Origin: Candidatus Terrybacteria bacterium RIFCSPHIGHO2_01_FULL_48_17
GTDB taxonomy: Bacteria > Patescibacteriota > Minisyncoccia > Terrybacterales > 2-01-FULL-58-14
Assembly (NCBI GenBank): GCA_001822835.1
Contig: MHSS01000004.1
Span: 7,186-71,185 of the forward strand
Length of the DNA stretch: 64,000 bases
Direction of reading: 5' to 3'
A program made the translations under genes and the position numbers. How positions within the stretch are numbered: the stretch's first letter is position 1; every line of letters begins with the position of its first letter. Below the pieces are notes generated by a model. It was not told the DNA's origin, made no database searches, and was given only the letters and a program-made list of their open reading frames with translations. Below, in pieces: positions 28,566 to 38,711 of this stretch.

Positions 28566-30476
28566 ATGGATACTCGTCACGCTCCACGCAATATCTTGCA
28601 ATATTTATTACTCGCCCTCGGCGGTGTAGTATTGCTTTCGGCAATGCTCGCGCTTGCATCACTTAAAGACGCTTCCAAACAAAACGTACGAGCCCTAACT
28701 CCTGAAGACATCTCCACGACGATAAACGGTATATTCAATACCGGCGACGCAAGCGCTATTACGGCTCTCGCGGGACCGGATGGGCAGATACTCGTTGGAG
28801 GCACGGTCCGTAGTGGTGGGTCGTTCGTTCCCAAGCTCGTATCACTCGAAGATGGTTCTGCCTCGAATCTTTCCTTCGGACTCAAAAACTTTTCAAGTGC
28901 TGCAGTAGAGTCGGTCGCATACGATGGCCAAACATGGCTTGTCGGTGGCGGAGATCCCTTTCTTAATCCAACATCATCGCCAAAACTCAATTCCTACGAC
29001 GGAAGCAGCTTTCAGGATTTGTCATCGTTGCTACAGAACTATAAAGGGTCAGCACAAGCGCTTGGAGGCAATGGATCATATTGGCTGATTGGCATCAACG
29101 GACTTCCCCCGTCCCAAGGCGGAGCGCTTGAAGCGGAAGTAGGGACAACAAGCACAGTGTTATTAAAATACGACGGCACAAATATTTCGGAGATCATCTC
29201 GTCTACAACAAAATCGGATCTCACTGGTGCCTGGATACGCGATATTGCGTGGAACGGGGAATATTGGCTCATCGCACTTGAAAGCGTGCCGCTTAGCGAA
29301 TCTTCTAACTTCCGTGGGCCGTACAAGAGCCGGCTTATGCGATATGATGGCACCACTCTTACGGAATTGACTGTTGGCAAATTTATTAACTACGCCGTCT
29401 TTGCGATCGGCTGGGATGGGGAGCGCTGGATTATTCCCGCCTTTGATAACATTACAAACCAAACGAGCTTCTGGTCTTATGACGGAAAAGCAATAGCACG
29501 GCTTTCCCTTGCCCTTCCTGACAACAAGGTTGTGTCTGCCTTAGCGTGGACGCGCGATAAATGGATTATTGCAACCACCAATGCAAATAATCTTCGCGAT
29601 AAAATCAGTCGAGACCTTACACAAGCAACAGACCTCACAAGGGATGCGGGTGAATTGTGGGAATACGATGGCGCGAACCTCAAAAATATTACCGTGCCTA
29701 CCGCGCTCCTTTTTGTGGAAGATATGGTATTCGACAATACTGCACAAAGTGCATATATTGGCGGCGCAAACTCGCAGGGACGCGTGGCGCTCTTATCTTT
29801 CGCAGTTCCCGCGGCACCGGAATTTCCCGATGGTACGCTCTTGCGTGCAGCAAACCGGCCTGAAGTATTCGTTATTTTTAAAAATAAGAAAAAGCACGTT
29901 CCCGACGCAAACATTTTCGGCTCATACGGCTATCGTTTCGAAAGCGTGCAAACGGTTGATGAGACAACGCTCAACCTTATTCCCGACGTGAAACTTATAT
30001 CAGCACCCGGGGATCCGCGGGTCTTCTTCCTTGACCGAGGTCAAAAACGATGGCTTCGGAATGAAACGGTGTTTGCAAGTTATGGTCTCCCGTGGGACGA
30101 GATATTATCGATAAACGCGACGGATCTTAGCGTATATCGCGACGCTCGCCTGCTCAAATCTCCAGGGGATGAACGCGTTTACTTCATCACAGGAAAAGGG
30201 CTCATCCACCACATTCCAAGCCCCGAGGCCTTTGTGTCTTATGGTAACAAATGGGAGGACATCGTTGGAGTAAGCATAGCAGAATTGCAGTCGTACGAGG
30301 TTGCCAATCTTGTCCGAAAGGCAGGCGATTTCCGCGTATATAAAGTACAGGATGGGGTAAAATATTGGGTACGGACATATGAGGCGTTTCAAAAGTTCGG
30401 ACTGGACCCAAGCAAGGTTTTGGAAATAAACGAAGTCGAATTCAACTCATATACCGAGGGCGCGCCCCTCAATTAG
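28566..30476 (+). CDS. secreted protein with WxxGxxWLI-type propeller-like repeats and four C-terminal tandem ~53-aa repeats
   Basis: Start at the MDTRH Met just after the upstream stop; repeats GDxRV(F/Y)...G.K..IP..EAF.SYG. Confidence 0.55.
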   Translation: MDTRHAPRNILQYLLLALGGVVLLSAMLALASLKDASKQNVRALTPEDISTTINGIFNTGDASAITALAGPDGQILVGGTVRSGGSFVPKLVSLEDGSASNLSFGLKNFSSAAVESVAYDGQTWLVGGGDPFLNPTSSPKLNSYDGSSFQDLSSLLQNYKGSAQALGGNGSYWLIGINGLPPSQGGALEAEVGTTSTVLLKYDGTNISEIISSTTKSDLTGAWIRDIAWNGEYWLIALESVPLSESSNFRGPYKSRLMRYDGTTLTELTVGKFINYAVFAIGWDGERWIIPAFDNITNQTSFWSYDGKAIARLSLALPDNKVVSALAWTRDKWIIATTNANNLRDKISRDLTQATDLTRDAGELWEYDGANLKNITVPTALLFVEDMVFDNTAQSAYIGGANSQGRVALLSFAVPAAPEFPDGTLLRAANRPEVFVIFKNKKKHVPDANIFGSYGYRFESVQTVDETTLNLIPDVKLISAPGDPRVFFLDRGQKRWLRNETVFASYGLPWDEILSINATDLSVYRDARLLKSPGDERVYFITGKGLIHHIPSPEAFVSYGNKWEDIVGVSIAELQSYEVANLVRKAGDFRVYKVQDGVKYWVRTYEAFQKFGLDPSKVLEINEVEFNSYTEGAPLN

Positions 30477-30480
30477 AAAC

Positions 30481-31413
30481 ATGAAACGTACGCTTATTAT
30501 TACAATCGGGGTTATTGTGGTCGGAGGGCTTGCGCTTGTCGGCGCATATTCCCTATTTCGCGGACCGACACTGGGAGTGCTTGTAAACGTATTGCGTTTT
30601 TTGGGAACACCGATTGCGCAAGAAGACACGGGAGCAACGGTTGAAGGGCCATCGTTCACAGAAGACCGTGATAGCGACGGCTTATCCGATGCCAAAGAAG
30701 AAATTTACGGCACAAACTCCGACCTCCCAGACACGGACGGCGATAACTTCACCGATGGCGCTGAAGTACGCAAGGGTTTTGACCCGAAAGTCGCCGGGCA
30801 AGGAAAAATTGCGGACAATCCGGAACTGATGCGAAATCTCACTATTGCCTATTTTGAATGGGCAAGGGAAACGTCAAACATCGAAGATCCGCAGCTTGCC
30901 GAACAGGGTATTCAAACATTTTTGATCAGCCGCAAACAAGACCGGCTCATTTTACCAACGGTTGAAGATAACGAGATTGTACGCACCGACGCCTCCGGAC
31001 CAGATGCCGTTAAAGCATACCTCGACGCCTTTGCTCAAGTAACCCTTCCCCCCGTAACCGCCTCGTACCTGGACCTTGCGGAAGGAAGTTTACAAGAAGA
31101 AACGCAAACCATTATTGATACGGTGGTTTTGGGGATCGATGCAACCTACGAGCAAATTCGCCGTATCCCAACGCCCCAAGAGGCAATTGAAGTGCAACGA
31201 GGGCAGCTTGCAACCATGAAAGCATTAAAGGAGCTTTTTTTGGATCTTAAAAGCGTCAGGCGGGATCCGGTAAAACTGATACGCGACATTTCCTGGGGTA
31301 ACGAACTTGTACTCAAATCAGCGGATATTGAGAAAAAACGCCAGGAACTTGGCTTAATTACAAATCCGGCATTTCAAAATAGTAATCAGGGGACAGGGGA
31401 CAGTAATCAGTAA
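30481..31413 (+). CDS. N-terminal TM + TSP3-like Ca-binding motif protein (DRDSDGLSD...DTDGDNFTDGAE)
   Basis: motif read directly; C-terminus encoded by heptamer repeats (QGTGDSNQ). Confidence 0.55.
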   Translation: MKRTLIITIGVIVVGGLALVGAYSLFRGPTLGVLVNVLRFLGTPIAQEDTGATVEGPSFTEDRDSDGLSDAKEEIYGTNSDLPDTDGDNFTDGAEVRKGFDPKVAGQGKIADNPELMRNLTIAYFEWARETSNIEDPQLAEQGIQTFLISRKQDRLILPTVEDNEIVRTDASGPDAVKAYLDAFAQVTLPPVTASYLDLAEGSLQEETQTIIDTVVLGIDATYEQIRRIPTPQEAIEVQRGQLATMKALKELFLDLKSVRRDPVKLIRDISWGNELVLKSADIEKKRQELGLITNPAFQNSNQGTGDSNQ

Positions 31414-31418
31414 AACAC

Positions 31419-32147
31419 ATGAAGCGGCGTATTCCTTTTTTCATAAAAACGATTCTTTTACTTGCGCTTTTTGGCATCGGCGCTGCGTTTGCCTCCCCAC
31501 AAAAAAACCAAGATGCTCTTGACGCGCAAAATGCTACAATAGATAGCGAAGCGGCTTTATTGCAAGAAGAAGAGGCCTTGGGAGCTGCCGCGACTAAATC
31601 GCAACAAGTGCGCGAACCCTTCCTTGCATCAATTCTCAATGCCGTGGGCGCGAAAGGGCAAAATGATACTCTAATCGGAACAAATGATGTTGCTGAATCA
31701 GAAATCACAAGCACTATTGGTTCCGACGCTACGGCGCTACAGCCCACGATTCAAGCACAGGCCATTGCAGAATATATCGTTGCAACGTCAAACCTTGGGG
31801 GCGATCTTGCGCCAAACCGCATGCAATCGGCCCTATCGCTTGCAAGCCAAGGAGATAAAAATATCCTACTGGACGTTGCCGGAGGATACCGAAAGCTCGC
31901 AGAGGCCTTTAACAAAGTTGCCCCTCCACCCGAACTTCAGCAAAACCACGAGGCGACAAAAGTATTGCTTGGGCGGTTCGCCGGATTTTTAGAAAATCTT
32001 TCATCGCTTCCTGCAACAGAAATTGAAGGTGCGTGGAAAAGCGGAGAGCGCAGCGCGATAACACAAGAAGCGGAGCGTTTAAATCAAGAACTGCGGGCAA
32101 TCGTAACACAATACAATGTTCAACTTCCCGTGGGAACGATCCCCTAG
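31419..32147 (+). CDS. secreted alpha-helical (Ala/Gln/Glu-rich) protein; VirB5/TrbJ-like position, speculative
   Basis: signal peptide, 242 aa, composition. Confidence 0.45.
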   Translation: MKRRIPFFIKTILLLALFGIGAAFASPQKNQDALDAQNATIDSEAALLQEEEALGAAATKSQQVREPFLASILNAVGAKGQNDTLIGTNDVAESEITSTIGSDATALQPTIQAQAIAEYIVATSNLGGDLAPNRMQSALSLASQGDKNILLDVAGGYRKLAEAFNKVAPPPELQQNHEATKVLLGRFAGFLENLSSLPATEIEGAWKSGERSAITQEAERLNQELRAIVTQYNVQLPVGTIP

Positions 32148-32159
32148 GACAAAAATTGC

Positions 32160-32300
32160 CCTAATTTCTAATTGCTCTAATTTGTCTAATCAAATCCCAA
32201 TGTCTAATACAAACAAGGTCAAAACATTTAAACATTAGAAATTCGGTTAAATTCTTTAGGTCAATTAGGTTAATTGGGTCAATTAGAAATTTAACATTCC
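32160..32300. promoter_or_regulatory. AT-rich intergenic region with three copies of AATTTCTAATT / AATTAGAAATT and direct repeat GTCAATTAG
   Basis: 32164-32174 forward, 32235-32246 and 32282-32293 reverse; the only sizeable gap inside the cluster. Confidence 0.5.
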
Positions 32301-32304
32301 TCTC

Positions 32305-34449
32305 ATGTTTTTCTGTAAGCAAATGAATGTTCTTGTTTTGCTTTTGCTCGCAATAATAACGGGTTTCTTTGTGGCGCATCCTGCTCATGCCGCTGTTCCT
32401 GTTGCGGTTGTGCAATTTGACGCCGGGACGGATTTTGAAACCAGCATTCTTTCGTTCCTTGGGGATCTTTTCGACAAACTAACCACAAAACAACTCGAAT
32501 CAAGTGCGGCTTTTGAACTCTTGAAAGTTGAAAAAGCGCGCGAGGACGTAAATAAGCTAATGCAAGAAGTGCAGGAAGAGCTTACGGATTATGGAATCGC
32601 CCTTGCTGTGCAGGACTACCGTGTTTCCAAAGATCCTCGCTGTCTTGAAGAACCCTCGACCTGTCCCACCGCAAATGAGCTTTCTATTTCTCCCTACAAA
32701 CAGTCGCGTATTATTAACAATGTATACGATTATATTTTTGAGGAGCCGCGTGAAAAGGCGCGTGTTTATACAATGTGCTATTTTAATCTTTTCATCTGGG
32801 ATCAGGCCGGGATACTTGATGACATGTTCGGTGATGCCGGCCTTATGGGAGCCCCTCAAGACCCTCCAGACGGTCTTTGTGCGATAGGGGGGAAAGATGT
32901 CACGCCAGGGGGGCCCACGAAATGCACGTATGGAAGCAAAAGCACGCGCCAAAGCATCAACAAACTTCGGGAAACCAGAGACGCAATGCTTTTTGGGCTT
33001 CGTCGAGCAAACTATTACCAACTCGATTACCCGCAAATATTCTTGTTTGGCGACTGGATGGGATATCCGGAAACGAGTAACGCCGCCATCCAACAGTATG
33101 GCCTTGCGGGACGGGGGGAATTCGATAGTGCGGAGATGCGCAAAATGTCGCTTGCTAATTGCATCCCGATTCTTGCAGATACATCCACGCCCCTTCTTCC
33201 AGATCCTGCGCTTCGTTTTCACAACGTTTCTTTAGAGCAGGTAATGGCGGTTCTGCCCTCGCTTATAGAGGGCACCGCAGGACGCCCACAATCAACGCTC
33301 ATTGAGCTCAGGGCGGTACAAGAGGATAAAAATAATATTGACGGCGTCGCCCGTATCGCCATCAGTAATATTTCACGGATTATCAATGAAACCCAAAAGG
33401 AGCGTGAGCTTACATATCTTGCCGGCCAAGGCATCAGGCCGGAGCGTTTATATCTTGAGCTCAACAACAAAGACGAAGCCGGCGAACCCATAGATCCTAT
33501 TCGCGGAGGGCCCGGTGATCTTATTCAATACGAATATGATACCGGCTACATTGTTGCCCCCGCAGTGGTGCTTCTACAAAAAATGCAAGCGGCAAACCAA
33601 GCAATGTTTGATCTAGCGCAAAAATCGTTTTTGTATCTTGATCCGGAAAGGACGTCGCTCTCCACGCTTAATCGGTATAATGTGGTCAGTAACGCAGACA
33701 CTTGTTATGACGATGATGGCAATACGTTCCCGTGTGCTTTTATCGGAGGGTTTTTCGAACGGCAAATTTGCAACGTAGTTCCTAATAATCCTTCCGGCAC
33801 TTATTGTTTCCCCGTCGATCCGTGGCTCAAACCACGCACTGCGTTCAGGTCGGCGCCCGACGCAAAACGGGTTGGCCCTAATTTTAAGACAAGCCAGGAT
33901 TCTCCATTGCCGATACTCTCAAGCGAAGGCGGGCTTCCTGCGCCTTGGGAGGATGAAAGCGCGTACGTGGCACTCGGAAACGAAAAAGTGGGGGCTGCGG
34001 CCGAAAGAGGAAGCCAACAATTCGATCTGAAATATAAGATAAGTGATTATAAATTCGATACACCTAAAGTTGCATATCCTGGTATTTTAGAAAGTGCTGG
34101 GTGGAACAAGGGCGACAACATCGGTTTAAAGGCGCTCGGGGCGGATTATGCCATCAACGACTGGTATGATCGTGTGTTTGAAATGTATGAACCATATCGT
34201 AACGAAAATACGCTTACATTTGGGCCAGGGGAGTGGACATGTTACATCGCAACGTGGTTCAGATTCCGACAAGTGGAGGGGAATCTTGTTCCAACTTTTG
34301 CCAGCACGCGCACCGTTATAGATATCGGCGAACGAACATTTAGTATTTTGCCGACCGCAAAAATTATACAAGGCCCGACAGTTGCGGACGCGCTCCAAAA
34401 TCAAATCGACGACTATTGCGGCGAGCGCCTATCCGATACTAGCTACTAA
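32305..34449 (+). CDS. large secreted protein (714 aa), hypothetical
   Basis: signal peptide ...AHPAHA-AVP; no motif. Confidence 0.5.
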   Translation: MFFCKQMNVLVLLLLAIITGFFVAHPAHAAVPVAVVQFDAGTDFETSILSFLGDLFDKLTTKQLESSAAFELLKVEKAREDVNKLMQEVQEELTDYGIALAVQDYRVSKDPRCLEEPSTCPTANELSISPYKQSRIINNVYDYIFEEPREKARVYTMCYFNLFIWDQAGILDDMFGDAGLMGAPQDPPDGLCAIGGKDVTPGGPTKCTYGSKSTRQSINKLRETRDAMLFGLRRANYYQLDYPQIFLFGDWMGYPETSNAAIQQYGLAGRGEFDSAEMRKMSLANCIPILADTSTPLLPDPALRFHNVSLEQVMAVLPSLIEGTAGRPQSTLIELRAVQEDKNNIDGVARIAISNISRIINETQKERELTYLAGQGIRPERLYLELNNKDEAGEPIDPIRGGPGDLIQYEYDTGYIVAPAVVLLQKMQAANQAMFDLAQKSFLYLDPERTSLSTLNRYNVVSNADTCYDDDGNTFPCAFIGGFFERQICNVVPNNPSGTYCFPVDPWLKPRTAFRSAPDAKRVGPNFKTSQDSPLPILSSEGGLPAPWEDESAYVALGNEKVGAAAERGSQQFDLKYKISDYKFDTPKVAYPGILESAGWNKGDNIGLKALGADYAINDWYDRVFEMYEPYRNENTLTFGPGEWTCYIATWFRFRQVEGNLVPTFASTRTVIDIGERTFSILPTAKIIQGPTVADALQNQIDDYCGERLSDTSY

Positions 34450-34458
34450 CGGAGGTTT

Positions 34459-36465
34459 ATGAAGTCCTCGCACAAAACAATCCTGGTTTTCGCGCTAACA
34501 TTGCTGATTCTTTCCATATTCCTTCCGCATCATGCAGACGCGTTTCTTGGCGTAGATTTGCCGGATCCCCGCGAAGTGGCGCTTAAAATGTTCGATGCGA
34601 TACTTACGATTATTCGAAACGCCGCCGCATCCTTACTGCATATTGCAGCACAATTTCTCAAATATGCCTTGGTTGATTTAACGGGCTCAATGCCCTTTTA
34701 CAATAACTTTTTTGTGCAGGCCGGCTGGCAAGCAGTAAGGGACTTCGCGAATCTTGGATTCGTCCTTTTCTTGCTTGTAGCCGCAGTAGCCACCATTTTG
34801 GATCTTCAAAATTATGGCTGGAAACGTATTATACCCCGTCTCATTATCGTGGCTCTTTTGGTAAACTTTAGTTTGCCGCTCGTCGCTTTTGCCATTAATA
34901 TTGCAAACCTCATGATGGGCTTTTTCACAGTGAACGTCGCGTCAGAAGCCGGATATTCGGATATCGGGGCGGCACTCATTGCTGGCTTTCGTGTGGGTGA
35001 TATTACCGCGGACCCGTCGCTGGAAAGCTTAAAAATAGCAAACGGGGGAGGAGATATAAGTACGACCATGACATCAATCATCAATAATATCACCGCCATT
35101 ATTTTCTTTCTCATCGCGGCAGTTATTCTGTTTTGGCTTGCGATGTACCTTATCGTGCGCATTATTGCGCTCTGGGTATTGATAATCCTTTCACCCTTGG
35201 CAATTGTGGCGAGCATCTTTCCGGCAACGCAAAGCATGTTTAGCCGGTGGCTGCACCAGCTCACGCATTGGACGTTTTTTGGAATTGCTGCTGCTTTTTT
35301 CTTATGGCTTGCCACGTTGCTCATCTTTACGGTCAATACGCAAAATTGGGCGGATATCCAGCTCGTTGGAGGGGCAAACTATCTTTCGCTGACATCAAAA
35401 GCCGGCCTCCTCTTTTCCTACGCAACCACCGCGGTTTTCTTGGTCTTGGCGTTACAAACGGCAAAAGGGGCTTCGCAGGGATTTGCACAAATGGTGGTAA
35501 ATACTGCCGGAGGATTGGCAATGGGTGCGGTCGGATTTGCTGCAGGTGCGGCAGGACGGCCGGCATTGCGTCGAGCCAGACGAGCCGTTGCTGAAAGCAA
35601 GACGGTCCGCGGGTTTGCAGAAGGAACGGGGAAGGCCTTGGAACGCATTCGAAACGTACCTATTTTGGGCGGGGCAACACGAGGGGCGCGAGAAGGACTT
35701 ATGGGTCTCGCTGGAGCCGGTCCAATGAAGGACGAAACGGAAAAGGAATACAAACGACTCAAAGCATCAAATCTCTCGCCCATACAAATTGCACGGCTTG
35801 CTTCTAACACCGACAGCCAGGGGCTAAAAGTTGCGACTGGGAGGGCGCTTAGCGAGACGAACGCATATGATAAGGCAACTACCGACGATGAGAGACATAT
35901 GGTACGGCGCCTGCAAAACCAAGCTTATGTTATTGCTGAATCTACCGGCAATACTAAAGAGATTGAAAATCTTGCCTATAACGATAAAGGGTATGCGGAA
36001 CGCGCACGCGAACGAGGGATTGGATATTTCAAAGACCTCAGCGATGAAGAAATCAATAAAAGATTTGTGGGAGAGCATACGTCTTCCGAAATCCTGCAAC
36101 AGCCGGAAACCGCCTTCAACATGTCTGCTGCGAATGTCCGAGGAGTAGCACAGCGTGGTTCGCCCAAACAACGGAAGGCCTTGGCCGAAGCAATTTTGGG
36201 AACGGAACAAAAGCCCGTCACAGAACCGCCCCAAGGTGTCAGCGAAGAGCAATTCCGCTTTATGCAACAACTCGTGCAATTAAATGCCGCCCTTGCAGAA
36301 ACCATTGGGCGCACCAAGGCATTCGGCCGCGCGCAAGCGGAAGTTGCAGCGGCACAAGAAGCAATCGGAGGCGATGTCACCGACATACGTCAGCAATTAC
36401 AAACACCGCCGCAAGAACCGAAGCAGGAACCGGAAGGGACAGACAAAGAAAATAAAAATGTGTAA
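34459..36465 (+). CDS. polytopic membrane protein (6-7 TM) with a hydrophilic C-terminal domain; VirB6/TrbL-like
   Basis: TM topology and size; follows the secreted proteins and precedes VirB3/VirB4-like genes. Confidence 0.45.
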   Translation: MKSSHKTILVFALTLLILSIFLPHHADAFLGVDLPDPREVALKMFDAILTIIRNAAASLLHIAAQFLKYALVDLTGSMPFYNNFFVQAGWQAVRDFANLGFVLFLLVAAVATILDLQNYGWKRIIPRLIIVALLVNFSLPLVAFAINIANLMMGFFTVNVASEAGYSDIGAALIAGFRVGDITADPSLESLKIANGGGDISTTMTSIINNITAIIFFLIAAVILFWLAMYLIVRIIALWVLIILSPLAIVASIFPATQSMFSRWLHQLTHWTFFGIAAAFFLWLATLLIFTVNTQNWADIQLVGGANYLSLTSKAGLLFSYATTAVFLVLALQTAKGASQGFAQMVVNTAGGLAMGAVGFAAGAAGRPALRRARRAVAESKTVRGFAEGTGKALERIRNVPILGGATRGAREGLMGLAGAGPMKDETEKEYKRLKASNLSPIQIARLASNTDSQGLKVATGRALSETNAYDKATTDDERHMVRRLQNQAYVIAESTGNTKEIENLAYNDKGYAERARERGIGYFKDLSDEEINKRFVGEHTSSEILQQPETAFNMSAANVRGVAQRGSPKQRKALAEAILGTEQKPVTEPPQGVSEEQFRFMQQLVQLNAALAETIGRTKAFGRAQAEVAAAQEAIGGDVTDIRQQLQTPPQEPKQEPEGTDKENKNV

Positions 36466-36480
36466 AACGAAACAGAAGTT

Positions 36481-37341
36481 ATGCCGGTTTTAACGCCTCA
36501 ACTATCTCCGCAACTTTTGGAAACCGCAGGGGACGAACGCACAGAAAAAGCCATCGCTTGGATCGCACAACGTTGGAAACTAAAAAGTGCTGACGATTTT
36601 GTGGCACAAGGCGCAAATTTTCAAGAAGCCCTCAGGCAATCACAAGTTTTTGTCCTTTCGCAAACAGTAGGAGAAGTGCTTGCGGGCAAGCTTCACCCCA
36701 ATTTTGTGGTAAAAACCCTTGAAGAACGCCTGAATATTCCACGCGACCGTGCACGCGACATTGCACATGACGTTTCGCGCGAAATTTTCTCGCGCGTACG
36801 AAGGGAGCTCATGGATTATTACCGGATAACGCCCGAACAGAAAGTTGCGCACCCCTCTCGGGACGCGGACCTACGCGGACAGGACGCAGACAAACACGGA
36901 CAACAGGAAGAGCCGATGAAGCCGTCAATGGCGGAGAGCATACAGGGTACAGGGTACAGGGCACAGGAATCAGAAGACGGGGGACAGGGAATAGAAATTG
37001 GGGAACCGGGATTGGCAATCAGTAATCAGAAATCAGAAATCGGGGATCGGGGGATGGAAGTTAAGGAAGAAGCACCGGCGCCGCCGCAAGAATCAGAATT
37101 AAAAGAGATCCCGCAACAACCACCTTTTGATGCGACGTTAGGCAAACCAAGTTTGGTAGAACAAGTGGAAGAAAAGTCGTTTCCCGAAAACATACAGCAA
37201 ACAGGGGACAGGGGACAGGAAACCGGGGCACAGGGGACGGGGGACGGGGGACAGGGGACAGTAAACGGAAAACCCGTTGCCGGACACGATAAACCGGAGC
37301 ACTTTGAGCCAGGACCGGGCCAGGTTATCGATCTAAGATGA
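36481..37341 (+). CDS. hypothetical protein whose C-terminal half is encoded by heptamer tandem repeats (QGTG-rich)
   Basis: repeats at 36941-37055 and 37199-37263. Confidence 0.5.
   Translation: MPVLTPQLSPQLLETAGDERTEKAIAWIAQRWKLKSADDFVAQGANFQEALRQSQVFVLSQTVGEVLAGKLHPNFVVKTLEERLNIPRDRARDIAHDVSREIFSRVRRELMDYYRITPEQKVAHPSRDADLRGQDADKHGQQEEPMKPSMAESIQGTGYRAQESEDGGQGIEIGEPGLAISNQKSEIGDRGMEVKEEAPAPPQESELKEIPQQPPFDATLGKPSLVEQVEEKSFPENIQQTGDRGQETGAQGTGDGGQGTVNGKPVAGHDKPEHFEPGPGQVIDLR
36941..37055. repeat. about 17 consecutive degenerate heptamers (ACAGGGT/ACAGGGC/TCAGAAA/TCGGGGA ...)
   Basis: strict 7-nt periodicity read directly. Confidence 0.9.
37199..37263. repeat. (GGGGACA)-type heptamer array, about 9 units
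   Basis: aacaggggacaggggacaggaaaccggggcacaggggacgggggacgggggacaggggaca. Confidence 0.9.
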
Positions 37342-37354
37342 GTTGAAAATTAAA

Positions 37355-37405
37355 GGTTAAGAGTTAAGAGTTAAATTCTTAATTCTCGATTTTAGATTTT
37401 TAATT
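37355..37405. repeat. AT-rich heptamer-periodic array (GTTAAGA GTTAAGA GTTAAAT TCTTAAT ...) in an intergenic spacer
   Basis: read directly. Confidence 0.8.
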
Positions 37406-37407
37406 TA

Positions 37408-37860
37408 TTGAGTGTGCAAGTCAAAGTTCCCAAATTCATTGATATTGAAGATAAAGTTATTTTTGGCTTAACCTGGCGCCAATTTTTATTCTTGGGCGTA
37501 GGTGGCGGAGTCGGCATTGTTGCGTTCTATGTTTTAGTACAACCCTTAGGAACAGCAATCGGTGTTGTTTCTATGACCATTGGTGCAATCTTTGCGTTAG
37601 TCAAAATAAACAACCGCCCCATGCATATATTTGTATATTCATTGTGGAACTATTTTTTTAACCCACGCCAATACACATGGAAAAAAGAAGCGACCGCGGC
37701 AAGGACAGCGAAAGTGACCAAAATCACAAAAAAGGAGACGCCGGCAACTCCCAAAACCATAACTCCGGAACGACTAAAACGCCTTTCGGTATTGCTAGAT
37801 ATCCAAGGACAAAAACAATCTGATGCCAATGTCAAAGTCCAAAGCTCAAATGCCAAATAA
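37408..37860 (+). CDS. PrgI/VirB3-like small membrane protein
   Basis: N-terminal VPKFIDIEDKVIFGLTWRQFLFLGVGGGV followed by two TM helices, about 150 aa, located before the VirB4 genes. Confidence 0.55.
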   Translation: MSVQVKVPKFIDIEDKVIFGLTWRQFLFLGVGGGVGIVAFYVLVQPLGTAIGVVSMTIGAIFALVKINNRPMHIFVYSLWNYFFNPRQYTWKKEATAARTAKVTKITKKETPATPKTITPERLKRLSVLLDIQGQKQSDANVKVQSSNAK

Positions 37861-37960
37861 AACCCAAAATCCCAAGCTCAAATACCAAAACCCGTGCGTT
37901 TTTATGCTTTGGATTTTCGTCATTGATTTGTCATTTGGATTTTGAAATTTGGATTTAGTA
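37836..37960. repeat. about 125-bp imperfect palindromic element with 7-nt periodicity (CCAAA-rich arm / cgtgcg centre / TTTGG-rich arm); copy 1
   Basis: shares AAATCCCAA and CATTTGGATTT signatures with the copy at 45836-45960. Confidence 0.6.
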
Positions 37961-37964
37961 GCCG

Positions 37965-38633
37965 TTGCTTATGCCTCAAGTATCCACCCAATCGTTTCTT
38001 CAGTTTGAGTTCGTCCGTGAAGGCGCGATTGTCCTTCGGGGCGGAGGACTGCGTGCAATTTTAATGGTGTCGGGATCAAATTTCGGCCTGAAATCCCAGG
38101 AAGAGCAAGAGGCAACGGTATATGCATTTCAGAATTTCCTCAATTCTCTTGATTTTGACATCCAAATAACCATACATTCGCGTAAAATTGATATCGAACC
38201 CTATCTTGCAACGCTTGGAGAACGTCTTGAACGGGCAGAGACCGATCTTTTGCGCGTGCAGACGCGCGAATATATCGAGTTTATCCGTTCTTTTGTTGAA
38301 GGCGCAAACATTATGGCAAAGCAGTTTTTTGTCATAGTGCCATACGACCCGGTAACCGGCACCAAAGAAAGGGGAGTTGTAGCAAAAGCAAGGGCACTGC
38401 TTCCTGTTTCAAAAAAAGAAACGGTTTTAGAGGAAGAAAATTTTGAAACAAATCGCAAACAGCTTATGGAGCGCGTTGAGTTTACGGTTCAGGGCCTGCA
38501 TAAAACCGGTCTTCGCTCAACCGCGCTCTCAACGGAAGAGATTATAGAACTTCTGTGGAAGCTTTATAATCCGGAAAAGGAAGCAAAGGGACAAATGCCA
38601 AATTTTGAAGAACTTGGTGCGGCTTCGGACTAA
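37965..38633 (+). CDS. VirB4/TrbE N-terminal domain (CagE_TrbE_VirB-like) as a separate ORF
   Basis: LRGGGLRAILMVSGSNFGLKSQEEQEATVYAFQNFLNSLDFDIQITIHSRKIDIEPYL matches the VirB4 N-domain pattern; in-frame stop, then 78-nt gap. Confidence 0.6.
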   Translation: MLMPQVSTQSFLQFEFVREGAIVLRGGGLRAILMVSGSNFGLKSQEEQEATVYAFQNFLNSLDFDIQITIHSRKIDIEPYLATLGERLERAETDLLRVQTREYIEFIRSFVEGANIMAKQFFVIVPYDPVTGTKERGVVAKARALLPVSKKETVLEEENFETNRKQLMERVEFTVQGLHKTGLRSTALSTEEIIELLWKLYNPEKEAKGQMPNFEELGAASD

Positions 38634-38643
38634 CCTGCACAAT

Positions 38644-38686
38644 AAGTTTCTATGAGTTTCGCCGAGCAAATATCTATAAATTTCTG
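38644..38686. promoter_or_regulatory. copy of the AAGTTTCTATGAGTTTCGC..GAGCAAAT element in the gap between the two VirB4 ORFs
   Basis: about 27/32 identity to 25261-25292. Confidence 0.5.
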
Positions 38687-38711
38687 AAACTAATGGATTG
38701 AAATTGATTGT

